A DNA stretch of 64,000 nucleotides from Methanomassiliicoccaceae archaeon (GTDB lineage Archaea > Thermoplasmatota > Thermoplasmata > Methanomassiliicoccales > Methanomassiliicoccaceae), in the NCBI GenBank assembly GCA_963728405.1, contig CAVSJV010000003.1:253968-317967 (forward strand). The letters run 5' to 3'. A program made the translations under genes and the position numbers. Of this stretch, positions 56,145-64,000 are shown piece after piece. Each line of letters starts with the position of its first letter. The first letter of the stretch is position 1. The notes under the pieces were generated by a model. It had not been told where the DNA came from, searched no databases, and was given only the letters and a program-made list of their open reading frames with translations.

Positions 56145-57023
56145 TTACCGGCGGATGCCGGAGGCCTGCTCCTCGAGGCGCCGGATGCGCTCCTCGATCG
56201 GCGGGTGGGTGGAGAACAGCGACGCCAGGCCACGGCTGGAGAAGGGGTTGACGATCCAGAGCGACGAGGACGCGGGGTTGCCCATGTTCATCGGGCGGGC
56301 CTTGTTGCCGGCCTCCAGCTTCCTCAGCGCGTTGGCCAGGTACATGGGCCTCCCGATCATGGCCGCTCCCTCGTAATCGGCCTTGTACTCCCTGCTCCGT
56401 GAGACCGCCAGCTGGATCAGCAGCGCGGCGATGGGGGCGGTGATGGCCACCACGATGGCGATAAGGAAATTGCCGTTGTCGCGGTTCCCTCCTCCGAACA
56501 GGGAGGCCCAGAAGAACGAGCGGGCGGCGAACGATATGGCGCCGGCCAGGGTGGCCGCGACGCTCATGACCAGGATGTCGCGGTCCTTGACGTGGGCCAT
56601 CTCGTGGGCCAGGACACCAGTGAGCTCGTCATCGTTGAGGAGCTTGAGTATGCCCTCCGTGGCAGCCACGGTAGCGTGATTAGGATTCCGTCCGGTGGCG
56701 AAGGCATTGGGGGTCTGCGTCGGCACCAATGCCACCTGGGGCATCGGCAGTCCGGCCGTCGAGGATATCTGCCGTACGATGCGGTAGAGACGAGGTGCCT
56801 CGACCTCGCTGACCACTTTGGCCTTGTAGGACCACAGCACGATCTTCGATGAGAAGAAATACGAAATGGCGTTCATCACCGCGGCGATGATCAAGAAGAA
56901 CAGGGCACCAGTCACCCAGTCGCCGAGGAAGAAGGCCCCGATGGCCCAACCTACGACCACGAAGATGGCACCCAGTATCAGGAACAACATCACTACGCGA
57001 AGGTTTGCAGCAACTGCTCCCAT
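56145..57023 (-). CDS. htpX: Membrane zinc metalloprotease HtpX
   Basis: PNAFATGR, HEMAH (HExxH), SRSREYKAD, FSTHPP. Confidence 0.93.
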   Translation of the reverse strand: MGAVAANLRVVMLFLILGAIFVVVGWAIGAFFLGDWVTGALFFLIIAAVMNAISYFFSSKIVLWSYKAKVVSEVEAPRLYRIVRQISSTAGLPMPQVALVPTQTPNAFATGRNPNHATVAATEGILKLLNDDELTGVLAHEMAHVKDRDILVMSVAATLAGAISFAARSFFWASLFGGGNRDNGNFLIAIVVAITAPIAALLIQLAVSRSREYKADYEGAAMIGRPMYLANALRKLEAGNKARPMNMGNPASSSLWIVNPFSSRGLASLFSTHPPIEERIRRLEEQASGIRR

Positions 57024-57156
57024 ATTTTTTCACCTGCGGACCCAACTCATTCGTAACGCTGTATTTAGGGTTGTCGAAGAATGTCCGGGGTGAGGATAAT
57101 ATGGTCGCCGGGACAGCGGCTCGGTGTTATGGCCAGGAAGGTCCAATGGTGCCTGG

Positions 57157-58224
57157 ATGAGCAGCGGGAAGAAGCATTGGAAGCGTTACTCCATCCTCAT
57201 CGCCATCTCCGCCGCCCTGATCATCGGGCTGGTGCTGCAGGCACATCCCGGGGAGCTGGGCGAGCGCCTGTCCAGTGTAGACCTGGGGTTGATCGCCCTG
57301 GCGGCGGTCCTGTTCATCCTGAGCATCGGCCTACGGGCCCTTCGGTGGCAACTGCTGCTCATGGCCTCGGAGCAGGTGGTGAGGCCGCGAACGACACTTT
57401 CCTTGTACGCAGTGGCCCAGGCGCTCAACGACCTTACCCCGGTGAAGGTGGTGGGTGAGGGCGTAAGGATTGTCGGCATCAATCGCCAGGAAGGGGTGCC
57501 CATCGGCACCGGCCTCGAGACGGTGTTGGCCGAGAAGGTCATGGACCTGGTGCTGGTGACGGCCGTTCTGGTCGCCTCGATGCTACTGCTCCTGCCGGAC
57601 ATCCCCCTGAGTCCGTGGACCTCTCTGGCCACGGTGGTCGGGCTGGTGGCGGCGGCCAACATCGCGGTGATCATCGTCCTGCTTCACCCTGGGGTGGTGG
57701 AGAAGCTCGGCCGCCTGGCCATCTGGATCGCCCGCAGGACCAAGAGGGAATGGGTCCCTAAGCTGGAGACGGACGTCGGCCGCACGGTGGTGTCGTTCAA
57801 AAAGGCGCTTCTCTCGTCGCGTCACGTGAACCGCCGCCTGACCGCCTGGGCGGCGCTGGTGACCTTTCCGATCTGGGGGCTGGAGTTCGCTCGATTGGCC
57901 CTGATCATGGCTGCCTTGGGAGCGTTCGCTTCCCTGCCCGCCCTAGTGGTGGCGTCGACCCTGGCCATCACCTTCCAGGTCTTCCTGCCGGCCGGCAGTA
58001 GCAATGTGGTAGTGATAGCCGATGTGTTCGCGGCCATGGGCATTGCTCTGGCAACGGCGACCGCGGCGGGGCTGCTGTCGGTGGCGACCTCCATCTGGAT
58101 ATCGGTGCCGGTGGCCCTGGTGGCGATAGCGCTTTCTGGCAGGAGCTTGAAGAGCTATGAAGCGGAGGGCGCCGAGCTCACCGAGCCAGCGAACGGAGCA
58201 TCGGGCCGGACTGAAGGTAAATGA
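57157..58224 (+). CDS. UPF0104 / lysylphosphatidylglycerol-synthase-TM (flippase-like) membrane protein
   Basis: RALRW, N.LTP...GE..R, EK..D, multiple TM helices. Confidence 0.8.
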   Translation: MSSGKKHWKRYSILIAISAALIIGLVLQAHPGELGERLSSVDLGLIALAAVLFILSIGLRALRWQLLLMASEQVVRPRTTLSLYAVAQALNDLTPVKVVGEGVRIVGINRQEGVPIGTGLETVLAEKVMDLVLVTAVLVASMLLLLPDIPLSPWTSLATVVGLVAAANIAVIIVLLHPGVVEKLGRLAIWIARRTKREWVPKLETDVGRTVVSFKKALLSSRHVNRRLTAWAALVTFPIWGLEFARLALIMAALGAFASLPALVVASTLAITFQVFLPAGSSNVVVIADVFAAMGIALATATAAGLLSVATSIWISVPVALVAIALSGRSLKSYEAEGAELTEPANGASGRTEGK

Positions 58225-58804
58225 TCGAGTGGCCCTGCTGATGGGTGGTGATGAGACCATCGTCGATCATCTCCTGCATTATGCTCTCCAAGGTCGGCTC
58301 GTCCATGTCGAAGGCTTCCAGGACCTCCTGGAAGGTCCTTCCGCCGGTCGAGCTCAGGAGGATCGATATCTCCTCCTTGACCGCCTCTTGGTGCTTCCGG
58401 TCCTTTTCATCCTGCGCTTCCTTGCGCCGCAGACCGACCACGTGGTCGACCGATGCCTGCATCGAGCGCAGCGCTTCCTGGCGGAACTCGAAGGCGTCCT
58501 TCTCTAGGAGCTCCAGGATGCTCTCGTCCACCAGCCCCGCGTCCACCCAGCGGAGCGCTTCCTGTCGGGCCTCACCCTCCTGCCGTCCCCGGTCCGGCCG
58601 TTCCAGCGTCACACGGTACCTGACGCCGCTTCCCCTGAGCGCCTCATGCAGCCGGTCCAGAACGCGGTGCAGTTCTCCGTCCGAAGGCGCCTCGATGAGA
58701 TAGTAGGTCCCGTGCCGGCGCAGCCCGAGGCCCTGCACCGTCCGGTCGATCCCAGAGGGCGGCGGGCCGTCGCTGGAATACTCCAGCGAGATGTAGGCCA
58801 TCAT
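58178..58804 (-). CDS. Hypothetical protein with C-terminal winged helix
   Basis: MAYISLEYSSDGPPPS N-terminus, C-terminal TFQEVLE..LESIMQEMIDDGLI. Confidence 0.6.
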   Translation of the reverse strand: MMAYISLEYSSDGPPPSGIDRTVQGLGLRRHGTYYLIEAPSDGELHRVLDRLHEALRGSGVRYRVTLERPDRGRQEGEARQEALRWVDAGLVDESILELLEKDAFEFRQEALRSMQASVDHVVGLRRKEAQDEKDRKHQEAVKEEISILLSSTGGRTFQEVLEAFDMDEPTLESIMQEMIDDGLITTHQQGHSIIYLQSGPMLRSLAR

Positions 58805-58885
58805 GGATGTTTTCTTTCCAGCCGGACATATGTAAGCTTTCCCGAGCTGGCGTTTTAAAATAGCTTTAAGGTCATTCCAAGGACC

Positions 58886-60103
58886 ATGGGCCCGGACCAG
58901 ATGTTCATGAGAGAATGGTTCCAGCGCTACTACCGGAGCCATCCACCCAAGGCCCCGGAGAGGCTGGACCGTCGGGAGTTCGGGTTCATGTTCTTCGATC
59001 GGGACTTCGTCCAGCGGCACCTGGGGTTCAACGAGCCGGATCAGTTGCACTCCTTCCTGCAGGGACAGGTTCCCTCCCACGCCTATTATTCCTCGGCCTA
59101 CTACCAGTTCCCTGCGGCGGGGACCATGGACGAGAAGAAATGGCTGGGCGCCGACCTGATCTTCGACCTGGACGCCGACCACGTCACGGGGGCAGAGGGG
59201 TTGTCGTATGCCGACATGCTCGGGCGGATCAAGGTCGATCTGATCCGCCTGATCGACGACTTTCTCCTGGGCGATCTGGGGTTCGACACCTCCCACCTGA
59301 AGATCGTGTTCTCCGGTGGTCGAGGGTATCATATCCACGTTTACGATGCCAAGTTGTCCGAGCTGCGCAGCCATGAGCGCCGAGAGATCGTCGACTACAT
59401 CGCCGGCACCGACCTCAACATGGAGTGGGTGTTCCCCGAGCGGACCACCGCGGCCAAGTCCTTCAAGGGAGCGGTGCAGCAGAGCAAGGTGCGGAACGTC
59501 CCCTCGCCGTCGTCCGGCGGATGGCGGCGCCGGATGCGGACGGGCATAATCTGGCTGGTGGAGGAGATGCGCTCCCGGGACCTCGCGGACCTGCGGGACC
59601 GGCTTCCGACGCTGGCCGGCACCTCAGACGCCATCATCGAGGGCACGCTGCGGGACCTATACACCAAGAGTGGGACCAAGGAGGGCGCCGAGCTGGTGCT
59701 GGAAGGCAACTCCCTCTCCTGCTTCTCCGACCGCCGCCACGTGGAGCTGTTCCTGCGGTTGCTGGAGAACGAGGTCAAGCCCCGCTTCACCGCCGAGATC
59801 GACGAACCGGTCACCAGCGACATCAAGCGCTTGATCCGCCTGCCGCTCTCCCTCCACGGCAAGACCGGGCTGAGGGTGACGCCCGTGGAGCGGGAGGAGC
59901 TGAACTCGTTCGATCCGCTGAGGGACGCGGTACCGGACATCTACCCCGACAGCCTGGTAGAGGTGTTCGTCAAGAAGCCGACCGAGGTCGAGCTGAAGGG
60001 ACGGACGTTCCTAGCGAAGGGACGGTGCGAGGTGCCGACCTACGCCGCGGTGTTCATGATCGGCCGGCGCATCGCCACCCTTGAGATGCCCGAGGATGCC
60101 TGA
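58886..60103 (+). CDS. priS: DNA primase catalytic subunit
   Basis: REFGF, YYSSAYY, GADLIFDLDAD, FSGGRGYH, IDEPVT.D..RLIRLP.SLHGKTGL. Confidence 0.95.
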   Translation: MGPDQMFMREWFQRYYRSHPPKAPERLDRREFGFMFFDRDFVQRHLGFNEPDQLHSFLQGQVPSHAYYSSAYYQFPAAGTMDEKKWLGADLIFDLDADHVTGAEGLSYADMLGRIKVDLIRLIDDFLLGDLGFDTSHLKIVFSGGRGYHIHVYDAKLSELRSHERREIVDYIAGTDLNMEWVFPERTTAAKSFKGAVQQSKVRNVPSPSSGGWRRRMRTGIIWLVEEMRSRDLADLRDRLPTLAGTSDAIIEGTLRDLYTKSGTKEGAELVLEGNSLSCFSDRRHVELFLRLLENEVKPRFTAEIDEPVTSDIKRLIRLPLSLHGKTGLRVTPVEREELNSFDPLRDAVPDIYPDSLVEVFVKKPTEVELKGRTFLAKGRCEVPTYAAVFMIGRRIATLEMPEDA

Positions 60104-60175
60104 ACACGACATCCAGAGCGATAAATCAAGAGCAAAGATATTTATCTGCCAGGAGGGATTTCCCTGGGACTTCTT

Positions 60176-60986
60176 ATGGACCTGAACAGGGAGGCGTTGG
60201 AAGGTGGGGCCCGTCTAGCCCAGGTGCGCAGGACCAAGAAGTTACTGATGATCGTACAGGTGGTCATCGTCCTCGCCGCGGTGATGTTCCTTACGGTCAT
60301 CGGCGGAGAGTATCCAGATGAAGCCGTTCTACTTCAACGTCGGCTCCATCCTCTATTTCGTCATCCTCATGGCCCTGGTCATCGGCGTGGAGAGCCTATT
60401 CTTCCGCATGCTGGAGATGAAGTACACCCGGAGCGTTAGCGCCAAGTACTACATGCTGAAGACCTCCATGCGCCAGAGCGCGATGGTCATCGTGGTGTCC
60501 GCAGCGGTCATGGTGTTGCTGCTGACCCCTTACATGGCCAATGGCATCGCCAACTCCACCAGCGAGAGCGGCACCACCACCGCCTCGGCCTCCTTCGTCA
60601 ACCGGGACCCCCTTGGCCTGACCACCGTGGACAAGATCCATATTGTCAGCGGGCAGCAGGCAGAGGTCTTGATCGTCGACGAGGAGAACTACCTATTGTA
60701 TGTGGGCGATATGACCGCGCTGCAACAGCACGCCGCGGTCATGGTGACCGATTCCTCTCCGGGGGTCGATGTGACCTTCCCCCAGACACCATTCGGAAAA
60801 TACTACATCGTGGTCAACAGCGACCAACCCGTCGAGGTCAGCTACACCGTCCACAAGACACTGTCCCCGACCTTCGTGGCGTTCGTCACCCTGTTCGCCG
60901 CCCTGTTCATTGGCTTCTATGCCATCTGGCTGGTCACGGCCCTCCGCATGCGCAAGAGCTTCGCCAAGGGCGCCATCTATAGGTGA
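60176..60986 (+). CDS. Hypothetical multi-pass membrane protein (indel near 60312)
   Basis: ORFs 60176 and 60318 join. About 4 TM helices and a soluble beta domain. Confidence 0.65.
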
Positions 60987-61807
60987 AGGGCGCAACAGGT
61001 ATCTCTGTTCTCGATCCTCAGGCCGCGTCTGATGGCATATTCTACGGTACGAGGGGATGGATTGACCATTCCGGCCACACCAGCCTCGATGGCCCGTTCC
61101 TCCATAGTGCGGTCGCCCCGGGGGCGCATGCAACCCAGCAACACAGGCGCATTGATCCTCTCTACTGCCCTGGAGATGAAGCGCACCAGCCGTTCCGGCT
61201 GCGGGCTCGCTCCTTGCATCGGCGTTCCCTTCGACGGCACCAGGCCCAGAACGATGAGCGCCGCCATGTCGATCGAGGACAACACCTCCAGCGTATCGTC
61301 TCACCCTCCTCCGACTGCAGGCCGACGCAGACGTGGGGGACCAGCCTGCCGCTGCGGCGGAGAAGCTCCAACGGTACTCCAGTAGTCGCGGGGCGAGGCA
61401 TCCAGATGCAGGACGTCGGAGATGGCCCGGGGGTCCTGGAGCACATCCACCGAGAAGGCGTCCGCTCCAGTACCGAGCAGTCCGGCGGCCGCTTCCTCGT
61501 CAAGGAGGCCGGTGTGCAGGTTGACGAGCAGCCCAGTGCTTTCCTTGACCCGCTTGACCGCTCCGAGATACGGTGACAGGGGGACCCGCCCCCGGCGGTC
61601 GCAGCCGCCGCTGAGCAGGAGGCCCGTCCCCCCCTCGATCGCCAGCGCCGCGGCGGCCTTTTCCAGCTCCTCCGGCGCCCCCAGAGGCCTCATGCCCTGG
61701 AGGTACCGGCCGCGGCAGTGGTCGCATTGCAGCTCGCATCTGCCCCCGGTCACCGAGAACGCAGGGAAACTTTTACCTGGATGATAAAAAATGATCCCGC
61801 CGGACAT
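60977..61807 (-). CDS. Radical SAM protein (indels)
   Basis: SVTGGRCELQCDHC (CxxxCxxC), LLSGG, NLHTG, VPHVCVG, LGCMRPRG. Confidence 0.85.
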
Positions 61808-61877
61808 GCAAAGCTTAAAGGCCTTCAAGACCAAAAGGTTTATTGGATTGATTACATTCCAAGTGCCGAGGATTTAT

Positions 61878-62111
61878 ATGAAGGCTTTCCGCGCTACTGG
61901 TGAAATTAAGACCGGCAAGTTCAGCTGGCAGAAGTACAGCATAGAGGTCGCCGCTGAGAACGAGGCCGGTGTCACCGAGCAGATCTATTCCAACCTGGGT
62001 AGCCGCCACAAGCTCAACCGCACCCAGATCAAGATCGCCGAGATAAAGCACATCCAGGGTGAGGACATAACTAACCATACGGTAAAGTACCTCACCGAGG
62101 GGCATCAATGA
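61878..62111 (+). CDS. rpl18a: 50S ribosomal protein eL20 (L18Ae/LX)
   Basis: MKAFR..G, YSNLGSRHKL.R..I.I, located upstream of pfdA-ftsY. Confidence 0.9.
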   Translation: MKAFRATGEIKTGKFSWQKYSIEVAAENEAGVTEQIYSNLGSRHKLNRTQIKIAEIKHIQGEDITNHTVKYLTEGHQ

Positions 62112-62530
62112 ACGAGCAGGAGCTACGCCAGGCCATGTCCGCCCTGGAGATCTTCCGGGCCCAACTAGAGAGCATTGGTGAGAACCAGCAGCTCATACAG
62201 ATGTCCCTGGAGGAACTGGGGCGGGCCAGAGAGACTCTCAACCAGTATCAGAAGGCGGCCGTGGGCGACGAGCTCCTGGTCCCTATCGGAGGCAACTCCT
62301 TCGTCTTCGCCAAGGTGGAGTCCAACTCCAAGGCCATCGTGGGCATCGGTACCGGCGTGTCGGTAGAGAAGCCCGTGGAGGATGCGATCAAGACCATGGA
62401 CGACCGCGCCAAGGAACTGATGGACACCATGAAGAAGCTCACCGACCGCAGAATGGCGCTCGAAGAGCAGGCCAATCAATTATCTCAGGTTGTCCAGCAA
62501 GAGGTCCAGGCGTTACAGCAGAGAGGATAG
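62108..62530 (+). CDS. pfdA: Prefoldin alpha subunit
   Basis: Coiled coils flanking LVPIGG..FV..IVGIG.GV.VEK. Confidence 0.92.
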   Translation: MNEQELRQAMSALEIFRAQLESIGENQQLIQMSLEELGRARETLNQYQKAAVGDELLVPIGGNSFVFAKVESNSKAIVGIGTGVSVEKPVEDAIKTMDDRAKELMDTMKKLTDRRMALEEQANQLSQVVQQEVQALQQRG

Positions 62531-62545
62531 GACAGGTGGTCCGTC

Positions 62546-63482
62546 CTGTTCGAGTCGCTCAAGAAGAAGATCTCGCGCTGCGGGGAAAGGCGGCCGAACT
62601 ACCCTCCAACGCCGAAGAGGCGGTCGGGGACAGTGGACGGAAGATCGATGAGGCCGAGGTCGATGAGCTCCTGTGGGACCTGGAGCTGGGGCTTTTAGAA
62701 TCGGATGTCGCCCTCCCCGTCATCGAGGAGATAAAGAGCAACTCCGCCAGGGGTTGGTGGGTAAGAGGGTCGACCGCAAGTTCTCGTTAGAACAGGTGGT
62801 CGAGGCCGCGCTCAAGAACGCCATCGAGGCGGTCCTCAAGAAGAGCGAGTTCGACTTCGATTCGTTCGTCAAGCAGCCACGAGAAGCCAGTCGTCATCAT
62901 GTTCGTGGGATCAAGGACGGGCAAGACGACGAGCCGTCGCCAAGCTCGCCAACCGACTGCAGAAGCAGGGACTGACCCGGTGCTCTCCGCCTCGGATACC
63001 TTCCCGGGCAGGGGCAATCGAGCAGCTCACTTTTCACTCCGAGACGGCTGGGAACCAAGATCGTCAAGCACCAGGTCGGGGGAGACCCGGCCGCCGTGGC
63101 GTTCGACGCGGTGGACCATGCCAAGGCCAAGCGTCGGGACCTTCGTCCTGGTCGATACTGCCGGGCGGATGCAGACCAACACCAATCTGATGGACGAGAT
63201 GAGAGAAGATCAAGCGGGTGGTCAACCCCCATCTGGTCATCTTCGTCGGCGATTCGCTGGCCGGGAACGACGCCATCGAGCAGGCGGTGGCGTTCGACAA
63301 GGCGGTGGGGATCAGATGCGGTCATCCTGACCAAGATCGATACCGACGCCAAGGGGGGCGCGGCGCTGTCCATCGCCAACGCCATCGGGAAGCCGATCGC
63401 GTTCCTGTGGACCGGCCAGGAGTACGAGGACATCATCAAGTTCGATAGCAAGTGGATGCTGGATCGGCTGTTCTCGGACTGA
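62546..63482 (+). CDS. ftsY: SRP receptor FtsY (many indels)
   Basis: (M)FESLKKK, LLESDVA, GKTT, SDTF, DTAGR, GNDA, TKID.DAKGG, GQ.Y.D. Confidence 0.9.
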
Positions 63483-64000
63483 CACTTCGGTGACCTGACC
63501 GTAAGGTCCACATCAATTACCCCGCTCCATCTTTCGAGGTTTGCCCGTATGCTTCTATGTAGTTCTGCCCAGCGCCGTCCGCGTGGACGGGAGCATGGGC
63601 CGGCCGGAGCATGGGCTATGGGACCGGTGGTAATCCCGACCTGGAACGAGCCGCCGCCTGGCCTGTAGGCTCAGCGACCATGCTCCAGACCGGGCAGGAG
63701 GAGTGGGAGGTGATGGCACCGTCGCACGTCGCTTACCTGAAAATAGAGGGAGCAGAGACATGCTGGTGAGCAGCCGGGGCAGCGTCAACCTGCTCATGTA
63801 CCAGGCCAATGACCTTACCGTTGACGAGAGCCGCTGGACCTTCGGCCGATATCCTCCCGAAAGCTCAGGGGGGGGCGCCGTCTGGCTGCACTACCGCATC
63901 CTGGCCGCTGAACGTCCTTGAACGCTCCCGGGAAGCAGAGATGGGACAGCAGGACGGCGAAGACCTTAGCATCATTGACGAGGTTGTCGAGCCCTAGTGC

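Noticed and set aside
63483-64000. CACTTC-GGTG-ACCT (one T short of the tnpB promoter box) and fragmentary ORFs after ftsY
   Set aside because: No clear TATA at the expected spacing, sequence quality is poor, and no product is recognisable

Overview
Archaeal chromosomal segment, about 60% GC. I infer a Thermoplasmata/Methanomassiliicoccales-like lineage from MCM, PriS, NMD3, Tsr3, eL20-prefoldin-FtsY, a class III pilin, DUF835/KaiC proteins and bacterial-type gyrase. Many genes are split by single-base indels, which looks like long-read assembly error, so most frameshifts are not called pseudogenes. Contents: a type IV pilus-type ATPase; a ~2,070-aa CARDB surface protein with cytoplasmic zinc ribbons; three KaiC/RAD55-like genes; gyrA and gyrB with one intein each; MCM with three mini-inteins; thiC; a tRNA-Thr(CGU) with a D-loop intron; a base-excision-repair/Lhr cluster; duplicated ABC transporters; and four tnpA-less IS200/IS605 tnpB loci. 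Best leads: (1) a bacterial DnaA domain III AAA+ module that lacks domain IV and is fused to DUF2226-like, Zn-ribbon and DUF835 domains, possibly repurposed within a KaiC/zinc-ribbon/pilus signalling network; (2) a shared CACTTTC-N4-ACC...TATA...TCAAGAA promoter architecture on three tnpB loci that resembles archaeal DNA-damage boxes; (3) an internally deleted tnpB that keeps a covarying omegaRNA; (4) repeated CTG/ACG candidate start codons; (5) a GyrA intein at an unusual site; (6) an AT-rich swapped module inside the surface protein. All family assignments come from motif recognition, not database searches.
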